From NCBI RefSeq assembly GCF_963921235.1, contig NC_086097.1, positions 179,616,001-179,680,000 of the forward strand: 64,000 nt of DNA. Reading direction: 5' to 3'. The position numbers and the translations under genes were made by a program. Source of the DNA: Mobula hypostoma. Its lineage: Eukaryota. Of the stretch, positions 27,381 through 40,789 are shown one piece after another; position 1 is the first letter of the stretch, and every line of letters begins with the position of its first letter. A model generated the notes under the pieces. The model saw only the letters and a program-made list of their open reading frames with translations, was not told where the DNA came from and did not search any database.

Positions 27381-28286
27381 GTTATGTTTCTGTCAATGGC
27401 GACCACCGAGGCATTGATGGTGAGGGAATGGGTGCTAATGTTGGCTCTGAAAATCAAGTGTGTGTACTGGGAGAGGTGGGAGGGTGGAGTGATGTGAATG
27501 TTACTTGCCACATCATTCCATGCAATGTGTCTATGTCTTCCCACCTGAGTGCACAGCATGAGTCTGAATTGGAACTGAATCAGTCATCACAAAATTCTCT
27601 CCTTCCTGATACTTAATGCAGGGAAAGTCACTGATAAGCTGTGAAGATACCTAAACCCGAGCCATTCTGATCTGTGGAGCAACCGATAAAAGTAGGTGAA
27701 AGATTACTTTTATTGAAGTACACAAGAGGCTCTAGAAGCCATACCAAGTAGCCTTCTATATCACATTGTGCTCACAATTGTACATTACCAGGGAGTAACT
27801 AACTGCAATGAATGGCTGATGAACGGGGCAAAAATTATGGATACTATTGCTCAGTGTAGTACCATCACATTTGGCGTCACAAAAATGATTGTCCACATGC
27901 TCGCTGCCCACATCCATGATTAATGATCCTGTACCAACCCTAATTGATAGTTATGTACTTATAAAGGGATCATATGCTGGCTGCAATGACAAATGGTACC
28001 CCTATGACAAATCCCTTTAGGCTAAAACTTTGCTAATACAGAAGCAAAAAAAAAGTACAGATGCTGGAAACCTGGAATACAGACAACATTAAAATTGTTC
28101 AGCCAGTGACTATTCTATTCTGTCATTTTCTCCACTGAAGCAATTTTATTTAAGTTTATCAAAGTTTATAGAAGCAACATAAGCAAAAAGCACTTTTATC
28201 AAAGTATAATTGACAAACACAATAGAAATGCTAGGATATTGGCATAATTTTTATTTTAGTAGCATTTAATAGAAACTTTTCATCTA

Positions 28287-28439
<153 letters not shown>

Positions 28440-29431
28440 TCAACAGTGTCTGAAAACCCAATTATCATCAGGTACAATCTTTTCTCAAAAGTTAGGCAAC
28501 TGTTATAAATAGAAACAAACCCAGAGAAATCAAGGAACACACACTTAATGCCATCTCAAAAGAGACCTCCGGCTGCCAACACTATTTTGTTCCCTGATTA
28601 TTTTATAACTCAGAACTTACACGAGCCTAATTTTTCTAATCAAATTTCTGCAGAGGATTGATCTTACTAACTATTGAAGGGGAATACCAAGAAAGAAGTC
28701 CATCATCCGACAATGATTTGTATGACTTTATGACACAGTTGAGGACTCAGGCAGTAAAAGCTAATGGTGGAAGGAGTTAATCTTCAATAAACAGGGTATT
28801 TTTTCCACGAATTCAAAATATGAATACAAGTAATTATTTAAATATAACTAAATTATTATAGCCTTACAAAGTATTTGAAAGCATTGACTGGGTTTTTATT
28901 CTAACTACATAGTGCTTGAATGTTTCTGCTTTAATGTAGGCCCAGTGTGGAGGGGTGTGGGAAGAAAATGACTTTTTTAAAAAATCACTAACACAGCTCT
29001 CTGCTGGCACAACTGACATTTACATTTCTGTTTTAGGAAAACTGCAAATCACCTCAATTTCCACATGTAGAATACTAACTAACCCACTTGCTGGGTAGAG
29101 ACATCATAGCGAAGGGCTAGTACTTTGTAGCAAGTTATAATCTGGAACTATTCAAAATAATGTTACATTATCATTTCTAATTTTAATTTACTTGCATTTA
29201 TAAACCAAAAACTGATGCCCCTTTTGAAGCACCCAGCTCTACCTCATCATCACATCTCTCAACTCCTCGACTGTCTCCAAGTTGTCAGACTGCAGAGCGA
29301 ATAACCAGTAGTGGGAGAGAATCCTTAGAACTGAATTAACAGTTCAGGGACCAAGTCTTCCCATGCAAAATTGAAACTTAAATTCAGGGTTAGGGAACAA
29401 GTGACCAGTCTTCATGAAATGACCATTATAT

Positions 29432-31775
29432 AACATAGAAGCATAGAAAACCTACAGCACAATAGAGGCCCTTCGGCTCACAAAGCTGTGCCAAACATGT
29501 CCTTACCTTAGAACTACCTAGGCTTACCCATACCCCTCTATTTTTCTAAGCTTCATGTACCTATCCAGGAGTCTCTTAAAAGACTATTGTTTCTGCCTCC
29601 ACCACCGTCGCCGGCAGCCCATTCCATGCACTCACCACTCTCTGCGTAAAAAACCTACCCTGACATCTCCTCTGTACCTACTTCCAAGCACCTTAAAACT
29701 ATGCCCTCTCATGCTAGCCATTTCAGCCCTGGGAAAAAGCCTCTCACTATCCACACGATCAATGCCTCTCATTATCTTGTACACCTCTATCAGGTCACTT
29801 CTTATCCTCCGTTGCTCCAGGGAGAAAAGGCCAAGTTCACTCCTATTCTCATAAGGAATGCTCCCCAATCCAGGCAACATCCTTGTAGATCTCCTCTGCA
29901 CCTTTTATATGGTTTCCACGTCCTTCCTATAGTGAAGTGACCAGAATTGAGCACATTACTCCAAGTGGGGTCTGATCAGGGTCCTATATAGCTGCAACAT
30001 TACTTCTCAGCTCTTAATCTCAATCCCACGGTTGATGAAGGCCAATGCACCGTATGCCTCCTTAACCACAGAGTCAACCTATGTAGCAGCTTTGAGTGTC
30101 CTACGGACTAGGACCCCAAGATCCCTCTGATCCTCCATACTGCCAAAAGTCTTACCATTGATGCTATATTCTGCCATCATATTTGACCTACCAAAATGAA
30201 CCATCTCACACTTAGCTGGGTTGAACTCCATCTGCCACTTCTCAGTACAGTTTTGTATCCTATCAATGTCCTGCTGTAACCTGACAGCCCTCCATACTAT
30301 CCACAACACCCCCAATCTTTGTGTCATCAGCAAATTTACTAACTCATCCCTCCACTTCCTCATCCAGGTCATTTATAAAAATCACAAAGAGTAGGGGTCC
30401 CAGAACAGATCCCTGAGGCACACCACTGGTCATCGACCTCCATGTGGAATATGACTCATCTACAATCACTCTTTGCCTTCTGTGGGTAAGCCAGTTCTGG
30501 ATCCACAAAGCAATGTCCCATTGGATTCCATGCCTCCTTACTTTCTCAATAAGCCTTGCATGGGGTAGCTTATCAAATCCTTGCTGAAATCAAGGCTCAG
30601 CACTACATCTATGGCTCTACCTTCATCAATATGTTTAGTTACATCCTCAAAGAATTCAATCAGGCTCGTAAGGCACAACCTGCCTTTGACAAAGCCATGC
30701 TGACTATTCCTAATCATATTATGCCTCTCCAAATGTTCATAATCCTGCCTCTCAGGATCTTCTCCATAAACTTACCAACCACGGAAGTAAGACTCATAGG
30801 ACTAATTTCTTGGGCTATCTCTACTCCCTTTCTTGAATAAGGGAACAACATCTGCAACCCTCCAATGCTCCAGGACCTCTCCCATCCTCATTGATGATGC
30901 AAAGATCATCGCCAGAGGCTCAGTAATCTCCTCCCTCACTTTCCAGATTAGCCTAGGGTACATCCCATCTGGTGCTGGTGATTTATCCAACTTGATGCTT
31001 TCTAAAAGCTACAGCACATCCTCTTCCTTAATATCTATATGCTCAAGCTTTTCAGTCCACTGCAAGTCATCCCTACAATCGCCAAGGTCCTTTTCTGTAG
31101 TGAATACTGAAGCAAAGTATTCATTAAGTACCTCTGCTATCTCCTCCAGCTCCATACATACTTTTCCACTGTCACACTTGATTGGTCCTATTCTCTCACG
31201 TCTTATTCTCTTGCTCTTCGCATACTTGTAGAATTCCTTGGGGTTTTCCTTAATCCTGTCTGCCAAGGCCTTCTCGTGGCCCCTTCTGGTTTTCCTAATT
31301 TCATCCTTAAGTTCCTTCCTGCTAGCCTTATGATCATCTAGTTCTCTATCATTACCTAGATTTTTGAACCTTTCGTAAGTTCTTCTTTTCTTCTTGAATA
31401 GATTTATTTCAGCCTTTCTACACCATGGTACCTGTACCCTACCATCCTTTCCGTCTCATTGGAACGTACCTATGCAGAACCCCACGCAAATATCCCCTGA
31501 ACATTTGCCACATTTCTTCCATACGTTTCCCTGAGAACATGTATTTCCAATTTATGCTTCCAAGTTCTTGCCTGCTAGCCTCATGTTTCCCCTTACTCCA
31601 ATTAAACATTTCCCTAACTTGCCTGTTCCTATCCCTCTCTAATGCTATGGTAAAGGAGATAGAATTGTGATCACTATCTCCAAAATGCTCTCCCACTGAC
31701 AGACCTGACACCTGACCAGGTTCATTTCCCAATACCAGATCAAGTACAGCTTCTCCTCTTGTAGGCTTGTATAAC
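29432..31775 (-). mobile_element. CR1 LINE, 5'-truncated, frameshifted
   Basis: DKSPAPDG, NSQHGFVKGR, EHFGDSDHNS; CATAGAA-type tail at the left end. Confidence 0.92.
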
Positions 31776-32149
31776 TATCAGATCGTAGCAAAAAGCACAC
31801 CCAATTACTAATATCCTTCAACGGAGAAAGCATGACATCTTTACCAGGGTGGTCTACAGATTACTCCAAATACACTCCATGCAGTGGACACAAATGTCTA
31901 CTGAAGTGATCAAAGCATTACCACCTTAGAAATAGAACATAGATCAGCCATGATGCCAATCTAACTATTCTTGTCTGCTTCCTCATAACCCTCTTTTCCT
32001 ACCTGCCTTAATGCTTCTTAAATATTCCTACCATATTTACTTCCACCAATTCCTCTGGCACCCACCACAATCTGTGTGAAAATTCACCTTGCAAATTTCC
32101 TTCAAGGTTTCCCTCACCTCTTCACTTTGGATCTTAAGTGTGGATGAGA

Positions 32150-33000
32150 AAAGGAGGTTCAAGTATCATGCATTAAAATTTCAGCCATTAGGACTGGGAA
32201 CTAATGTACATCTGGACAGAGTATCGAATAAAAAGAGAGAGATCAAGAGTGCTGAATGAAGTAAAACTTGGAAGATGAAAGGCTGACTAGAAGAGCAATG
32301 AACAGGAGAACTGACATTCAAAATTGTCGATAGGATTTTTGCCAGCTGATGGACTGCAACAAAGATATCAAAGGCATGGTAGACATTTTCATTGATGGAA
32401 AAGATAACAATCAATTCGGGGTCAAAGAGAACACCAACTGCAGAAGCATGGCGTAAGCAGTAGTATCTAAACTCAGTAACTAAGAAATTTGCAGCTGAGC
32501 CTGGAAACAAGAGTAAAAATATTTGCTGGTGTAAGACTGCTAATCAGACAAGAAAGTTGAAAATAAGGCAAAAAAATGGCTCATGATAATTAATGCTTAG
32601 GCAGAGATGGGATTTAACAATGTACCTGTCGATTCTATTGTGGGTGTTCTGATACCACCACCAAAGTACAACAGAATACAATAGGGTCTTTTTAGGGACT
32701 CCTGGATAGGTACATGGAGCTGAGAAAAATAGAGGGCTATGGGTAACCGTAGGTAATTTCTAAAGTAAGTACATGCTCGGCACAGCATTGTGGGCCAAAG
32801 GGCCTGTATTGTACTGTAGGTTTTCTATGTTTTTAGAAAGATGTTAAACTAGTGACAGTGACTAGAAGAACTCCACATAATGGGATGAGAAGCCATGATG
32901 AGTGTCTCTAATATGGCTGACTATAGCAACATAATTTAGTGGAAATAAAAATAAAGGCAGGGAAATGACAAGACATGTTTAGTGCGCAAAAGGAATGTTA
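32150..33000 (-). mobile_element. Ancient L2-like LINE fragment with a nested plus-strand CR1 3' piece (~32655-32835)
   Basis: GVLFDPEL motif in ORF 32181..32510; the CR1 piece matches the ends of 29432-31775 and 39603-40360. Confidence 0.5.
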
Positions 33001-33159
33001 TCCAAGAAGTTCATTACTAAAGTGCCCTGGAAAATTAGAACCCAATTTTGTTTTTAAATCAACCAGAAAGAGCGAAGATATTTCATTCAGTTTACAGTAC
33101 TTCTGAACGTTTAAAATGAAAACCAGTATTTTCAAAATATAATGAAACCAGTTGAATTT

Positions 33160-34060
33160 CAAAGTTCAAAGTACATTTATCAAAGTATGCATACTGTATA
33201 CAACTTTGAGATTCGTCATCTTGCAGGCAGCCACAAAACAAGAAACATAATAGACCCCATTAAAAAAATTCCACGCAGAAAAGACGTCAAACACCCAATG
33301 TGCAAAGAAAAGTACAAACTATGCAAATAATGAAAAGTAAACAAATAACACACAGAACATTAACTTCAGAGTCCCTGAAAGTGAGTCTGCAGCCATTGAG
33401 CCTGAGGCAAGTGAAGCCAGTACAGAAGCGAAATGGCTGCAGGCCGTAGCTACAGAGCCAGTTCATTGCTGGAGAGTAAACCTCTCAGAGAAGTGAGCTG
33501 AACACTGGCTTGTCCTTCACCCTCAGCCTTGACCAAATTGCACAAACAGTTTAAAAAAATAAACGAAGACATGGAACATGAACTGCAGTGTCCCTGAGAG
33601 TGAGTGAAGCTTGTCCAGGAGCCCAAGACTCCTGCACCTCACCTGATGGCAGTAGCGAGAAGAGAGGGAGACCAGTCAAACACAGGCAGAAGACACTGAA
33701 CACTTGTTTGTTTTCCTTTCTTATCCTCAATGTTTTTAATCTCGCTCGACACTTAATCAGCGCAGAGAAATGGAACCAACCGAAGGTGCATCTCCCACCA
33801 TCAGACCTCAATGCCACACTCATTCCCAGCGATGGCTACCCCTGATGCACCTGAACTCTTGACAGTCTAGTTTGCCGCATCCCCCAAGAGATCGCAAAAG
33901 CACCAGATTGTTTACTTGGTTCATAGGTACATCCTTAAAAGAGAAATTACAAGCTGCAGACTGCGGTGTTTGCAGTTCAAAAGTACAGTATATCTACTGA
34001 GTATCTAGAAGTATTGTGAGCTGTCTATAAAACTTTGCCACTGGTCACTGACACCATCTT
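33160..34060 (-). mobile_element. Non-coding repeat with a Rex1-like tail and internal duplication; unclassified non-autonomous retroposon
   Basis: AAGTTCAAAGTACATTTAT tail; the GTCCCTGARAGTGAGT block occurs twice (~33371 and ~33590). Confidence 0.45.
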
Positions 34061-34155
34061 TCCAAATTTGTACCGAATCCAGCTAATCCAACTTCATACT
34101 GAAACCAGCTAATTTTCACACTGAATCAGATAAAGGAAAATGCTCTCCCTATTTA

Positions 34156-34506
<351 letters not shown>

Positions 34507-35719
34507 TTACAGTTCCATGATATGCCACAAAACACAATTGTAGAATTATTCTTTCCTGAAATCAATCTTACATTTTTTAATTTGTAAAATGACTTTCAGA
34601 AAATGTACACTTCTCATTTATTTGTGGGCTACATAATGTTTGGAATAGTAATGACAATAACAACACTGGACAACTAAACTGGAAGCGACAGGAAATGCTC
34701 AGGTCAGACTTTTGTGGAGGGAGAAACAGTTAATGATTCAGATTGAGGAACTTTCAGCAGAAATGGATAAGGTGAAAAATCAAGCATGTCTTGATATTAG
34801 TGGTGGAAAATGGAGAATACAATCTAAGTGTCTTTGGGGGGAGATGGAAACCAAAATAATCCAGATCACAAATGGCATTAGAGACATTTGAAGGAGGATG
34901 GTGAAAACTTCTAATGATGACATTGTCTGAAGAAGATGCAACAGAGGAAGAAAGTACACTGCTAAACAGTATGGAAAACAGTACTGCTGACTACATACTT
35001 CAGAACACCATACTTTCTCCTGGACTCACCCCCCCCCCACCCCCTTACTCAACATCCTGCTTCCCTGTCACTGACCTCAGCTCATCAGGAGATCTACCCT
35101 CTACATAACTTCTGATTTAAGCCTCCTACTTCTTAAATGTTGAAAGAATCTTGGCCTCCACCACCTTTTCAGGCAGCTCCAGATTCCAATTTACCCTCTG
35201 CATGAAAAAATATCTTACACTCTAAATCTCCCACCCTTTACTTTAAGACTATACCCTGATTTTAGGCATCTCTCTAGGAGGATAAGGTTCTTCTTATCCA
35301 AGCTTTGTGTCCCTAATAGTTCTGTGTACTTCTACAACATACTCTCCTCAGTCTGCTTTACTTTGAGAGAAACGAACCCAGCCAGCAGCTCCTCATGACT
35401 GAAACACGCCATCCCAAGCAAAATCCTAGTTAATATCCTCTGCATCCTCTCTGCAATTAGTTTAAGAGAGGAAGATTTCTTCTCCCCATGTAGTGGTAGG
35501 TTACAGTTGTAGATGCTGGTGGTCTGCACGTGGGAGCATTGTGTGCAATGCTGGTTGCCATGATATAGGAAGGACTCAATTAAGCTAGAGGGCGCAGAAA
35601 GATTTACGAGAATGCTGCCAGGACCGGAAAGCAAGAATTTTAAAGAAATTGGATAGGCTGGATCATTATCCCTGGAGCAAATGAGGCTGAGAGGTGACTT
35701 TCGAGGTTTATAAAATTAT

Positions 35720-36652
35720 AAAGTTCCTGTCGCCTCACTATAGGAAGGATGTAGAAGCATTGGAAAGGGTACAGAGGAGATTTACCAGGATGCTGTCCGG
35801 TTTAGAGAGTATGCATTATGATCAGAGATTAAGGGAGCTAGGGCTTTAGTTTTCGGAGAGGAGGATGAGGGGAGACATGACAGAAACATAGAGACATAGA
35901 AAATAGGTGCAGGAGTAGGCCATTCGGCCCTTCGAGCCTGCACCGCCATTCAGTATGATCATGGCTGATCATCCAACTCAGAACCCTGTACCTGCCTTCT
36001 CTCCATACCCCCTGGTCCCTTTAGCCACAAGGGCTATATCTAACTCCCTCTTAAATATAGCCAATAAACTGGCTTCAACTGTTTCCTGTGGCAGAGAATT
36101 CCACAGATTCACCACTCTCTGTGTGAAGAAGTTTTTCCTCATCTCGGTCCTAAAAGGCTTCCCCTTTATCCTTAAACTGTGACCCCTCATTCTGGACTTC
36201 CCCAACATCGGGAACAATCTTCCTGCATCTAGCCTGTCCAATCCCTTTAGGATTTTATACGTTACAATAAGATCCCGGCTCAATCTTCTAAATTCCAGCG
36301 AGTTTAGTGATAGAGGTATACAAGATATTAAGAGGAATAGATAGAGTGGACAACCAGCACCTCTTCCCCAGGGCACCACTGCTCAATACAAGAGGACATG
36401 GCTTTAAGGTAAGGAGTGGGAAGTTCAAGGGGGATATTAGATGAAGGATTTTTACTCAGAGAGTGGTTGGTGCATGGAATGCACTGCCTGAGTCAGTGGT
36501 GGAGGCAGATACACTAGTGAAATTTAAGATTCTACTATACAGGTATATGGAGGAATTTAAGGTGGGGGGTTATATGGGAGACAGGGTTTAAGGGTTGGCA
36601 CAACATTGTGGGCCGAAGGGCCTGTACTGTCCTGTACTGTTCTATGTTCTAT
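35720..36652 (+). mobile_element. CR1 3' fragment (family of 23630-26250) interrupted by a minus-strand CR1 3' end (~35883-36302)
   Basis: Near-identity to 25750-26250 on both sides; the inner element has a CATAGA tail and RVVNLWNSLPQ. Confidence 0.88.
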
Positions 36653-36992
36653 GAGGGGCAAAGATAGGGTAGATGGTTGCAGTCTGTTTTCAAGGTTGGG
36701 GAAACGAAAAGTAGAAGGCACAGGTTTAAAGATTAGCTTTATTCGTCACATGCTCATTGAAACATAGTCATTTGTGTCAGTGATCATAGTCCAAGGATGT
36801 GCTGGGGCAGCTCAGGTATTGCCATGCTTCCAGTGCCAACACAGCAGGCCCACAACTTACTAACCCTAACTCATACATCTTTGGAATGTGGGAGGAAACT
36901 GGGGCACCCGGAGGAAAGTCACCTGGTCTTGAGGAGAACATACAAACTCCTTACGGAGAGCAGTGGAATTGAACTCGGGTCAACAGTACTGT

Positions 36993-37211
36993 GCTGGCTG
37001 GTGGCATAGTGGCATCAGAGCTGGCCTTCGGAGCAAAGGCTCCCGAGTTCGAATCCAGTTGGCTCCCTTGCACACTTTCCATCGGTGCTGGGTTGAGCGT
37101 CAAGCTAGCAGCTCGGCCTCATAAAAATAAGAAAGCCTGCTAAAAAAAACGCCGTCATGATGACATCCCGATGACTCCACTCGGAGTTAAGAGTTGTCTT
37201 CTTCTTCTTCT
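36993..37211 (+). mobile_element. tRNA-derived SINE with a (CTT)n tail, nested in a minus-strand V-SINE (36735-37260)
   Basis: A-box TGGCATAGTGG, B-box GAGTTCGAATCC; 13-bp TSD TCAACAGYACTGT at 36980-36992 / 37212-37224. Confidence 0.85.
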
Positions 37212-37629
37212 TCAACAGCACTGTAATAGCAATAGGCTAACAGATACATTACCATGCCAGTAGCGCAGAATGAAAGGTGAAAATTTTCAAGCAGACCCAA
37301 GCGTAGTGGGTACATAGAACAAGCAAGTAAAGGAAGTGGTAAATAAAGATACAATTACAACACTTAAAGACAGTTGCATAGAGTCATAAATTGTAAAGAT
37401 TTAATGGGATGTGGGCAAACCCAAGTAAACGGTAGTAACAAAGGAAAGCACTTTGGTCAGTATGGATGAGTTGGACTGAACGGCTGGGCTGTATAATTTT
37501 ATGCAAGTATTGTGGATGAATCCCATTCCTCACTAGTGTAGATTAATTATGCCTCTCAAGAACTTTCTTCCCCCAGTAACTTCCCTACCACTGATTTATA
37601 GATTCACTGGCCAGTAAATACCTGGCTTA

Positions 37630-38400
37630 TCCCTGCTGTCCTTGAAAGTCAAACCAGAAAAGAGATTATACTATGAGTGATAGAGCACTAAAAGGTGTAT
37701 TAGAACAGCGAGACCTTGGAGTACCAGTACATAGTTCACTGGAAGTGGCATCACAGGTAGACAAGGTGGTGAAAAAAGCATTTTGCATGCAGGTCTTCAT
37801 CAGTCACGGCACTGAGTACAGGAGTTGGGATATTATACTGCAGCTGTTTAAGTTCTTGATGAAACCACACCTGGAAACAGTCTGTACAGGTGAGGTCATT
37901 CTTATTATAGCAAAGACAAAACTGAAAAGAGTGTGAAAAGGATTTTTGAAGATGTTGCCAGGACTGGAAGGCTGGGTTAAAGGGAGAGGTTGACCAAGTT
38001 AGGTCTTTGTTATTTGAAAGGGAGAAGAATGAGGGGTGACCTTATAGAAATGTTTAAAATTATGAGAGGCATAGATAAGCTGGATAGGATAGGGCAGTCC
38101 AAAACAGGAGGGCATAGGTTTAGGGTGAGGGGGTAGATTTAAAAGGGACCCAAAGGGCAAAGCTTCCCTCACAGAGGTTAGTGAGTATGTGGAACAAGCT
38201 GCCAGCAGAAGTGGTTGAGGCATGTACAATAGTCTCATTTTAAAAAGCATTTGGATAGGTAAATGGAGGGGCAGGGCATAGAGGGATATGGTCTGAAAGA
38301 AGGAAATTAGAACTAGCTGGGTGAACACCATAGTCAGCAGGGACTGGTTAGGCCAAAGGGCCTGTCTCTGTCTCTGTATTGTATTGTATTGTTCTATGAC
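37630..38400 (+). mobile_element. Older CR1 3' fragment
   Basis: EQRDLGVPVHSSLEVASQVDKVVKKA; tail TTGTATTGTTCTATG. Confidence 0.75.
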
Positions 38401-38839
38401 TACTGAAGGATGACGGAGAGAACAATGGCAATAACTGTGGGCGGATGGAGAACAAGAATCCAGATAAAGAGGGAGCTAGTGCCATCAGTGTTATTTGAAA
38501 GAGGGTGGCAAAAGCATGTAATCATAACTGAATTGTGCCACATTTGCTCTTCTTGTCATCTGGCACCTAACCTGGCCTACAAAGATTCAGAAGAGATCAA
38601 TTCATCATGGGGTGAGGGTGGGTGGGTGACCATTCTGGTCTACTCAAATTGTGTAGAATAAATTTACCTATATTCTACAACCTGCATCAACTCCAATCTT
38701 TGGTGTGGTTAGGAAATATCTACAGGTAAATAACTCATTTTTGTCGACCACATTGTTATCAATACATTGTTTCATGACCAATGGACACAGAGGCAGAAAG
38801 ATTTATTAAACATACATTGCTTTTGTGTAGTTAACTCAC

Positions 38840-38888
38840 CAAGAAACTAACAAAGCTTGCTCCAAAGCTCATTAGAGGACTGTTGTTC
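38840..38888 (-). CDS. TTC39C: TTC39C coding exon (~exon 2), 49 bp
   Basis: Minus strand ttttatag|G AAC AAC AGT CCT CTA ATG AGC TTT GGA GCA AGC TTT GTT AGT TTC TTG|gtgagt = (R)NNSPLMSFGASFVSFL. Matches vertebrate TTC39C (RNHSPLMSFGASFVSFL, recalled). Confidence 0.93.
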
Positions 38889-39602
38889 CTATAAAAGAAC
38901 ACATGGTAAATTGCTTAAAACTTTGAAGCAATACTACTCATTGCAACAGCTGTGCATATTTGTACTAAACAAATAAAACAGTGATCTTACATATTCATAT
39001 TTCTTAAAAGATCATATCACAGCAACACTTCATAAGAACATATACAGGAGCTAGTCTTACAGAACACTCGAGCAAAAAATAAACTTCTGAAAATACTCAG
39101 CAAGCAGCCTCTATGGAAGCAAAGAGTAGTCAGTCACCACTTCAGCTCAGGCCCTGCATCAGGACTGAGCGTTCTTCTCTTTCAGTCTCCATTCTTTTAC
39201 TCCACTGTGAGTTCTCTTCAAGGTCTGCCCACTTTGAAGTTCTCCTCCTCTTTTGACATTCTCTATCCCTTTGTAGTGTTTCAGTCAAAGCTTGACCCAC
39301 TGCTTTCTTCCAGCAGATTATTTTTCGCTCCAGGTTCCTGCAACTGTGTTCTCTTGTGAATCCATTTAGCTCTATTAAGCTTCCTTTGTCTTCAGAAGTT
39401 TTACTTTGAACTTTGAAGTAAGACTGTGTCTTACATCTGATCCCCATCTGATCTCAGCTTCAGCTCCATGTTCTTGCTTGTTCCTCTTCTCCTTCAAATC
39501 CGTTACAGATCAAAACTGGATCTTTGCTGAGGCAGATGGCTTTTTGGGGACCTAAACCCTTGAAAAAATTCTTCCTTAAACCAACTGTCATTTAAGATAC
39601 TG

Positions 39603-40360
39603 AAACATAGAAAACCTATAGCACAATACAGGCCCTTCGGCCCACAAAGCTGTGCCGACCCTGTCCCTACCTTAGAACTACCTATGTTTTACCCATAGCC
39701 CTCTATTTTTCTAAGCTCCATGTAGCCGTCCAGAAGTCTCTTAAAAGACCCTATCATTTCCGCCTCCACCACCGCCGCCGGCAGCCCATTCCATGCACTC
39801 ACCACTCTCTGCGTAAAAAAACTTACCCCGACATCTCCTCTGTACCTACTTCCAAGCATCTTAAAACAATGCCCTCTCATGCTAGCCATTTCAGCCCTGG
39901 CAAAAAGCCTCTGACTATCCACACGATCAATGCCTCTCATCATCTTGTACACCTCTATCAGGTCACCTCTCATCCTCCATCACTCCAAGGAGAAAAGGCC
40001 GAGTTCACTCAACCTATTCTCATTAGGCATGCTCCACAATCCAGGCGACATCCCTGTAAATCTCCTCGGCACCCTTTCTATGGTTTCCACGTCCTTCCTG
40101 TAGTCAGGCAACCAGAACTGAGCACAGTACTCCAAGCAGAGCCTGACCAGGGTCCTATATAGCTGTAACATTACCTCTCGGCTCTTAAACTCAATCCCAC
40201 GATTGATGAAGGCCAATGCACCATATGCCTTCTTAACCACAGAGTCAACCTGAGTAGTAGCTTTGAGTGACATATGAACTTGGACCCCAAGATCCCTCCG
40301 ATCCTCCACACTGCCAAGAGTCTTAACATTTATGCTATATTCTGCATCATATTTGGCCTA
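39603..40360 (-). mobile_element. CR1 3' fragment
   Basis: ORFs 39689..39973 and 39980..40309; same family as 29432-31775. Confidence 0.9.
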
Positions 40361-40789
40361 CAAACACCGTACATGGTACTCATTATTCTGCACTATCCCA
40401 ATTAATTAATGAAATATAGTATGGTGGCTAAGATACTGGATTAGTGGCCACAGTGCTGATCCATTTAATCATTCTGCTTCAGAAGAGGAGATCAAACCCC
40501 ATTTTGGAAGCTGGGGAATATACATCCATGTACTTGAACAGTCATGGATTTTTTAAAAGGAAGATTTATTGACAGTAGCAATAAAATTAGCCAAGGGACA
40601 TGCCGAGTGACACTTGTTTTTATGCATCGTAGTCTCCTGTCTGATGGTAGAAAGTCAAAGAGGATGTTGGATGGATGGGTGGGATTCCTAATAATACCAA
40701 GGGCCCTGTGTATGCAGCACTCCTGATAAATGTCCCCGACGGATGATAGGGAGACCCCTATATTCCTCTCAGTTGTTCTCACAGTCCTT

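Noticed and set aside
36993..37070. tRNA gene
   Set aside because: It has A/B boxes but no complete cloverleaf, and it carries a SINE body, tail and TSD.
37178..37200. Hammerhead in the SINE tail (CCGATGA-CTCC-ACTC-GGAG-TTAA)
   Set aside because: There is no GAAA strand and no stem I/III partners; a plain 3' stem-loop explains it.
39593..40438. 10-bp TSD (TAAGATACTG) implying ~68 bp of extra 5' DNA on a CR1
   Set aside because: The right-hand copy may simply be part of an old SINE-like head; this cannot be resolved without the empty site.
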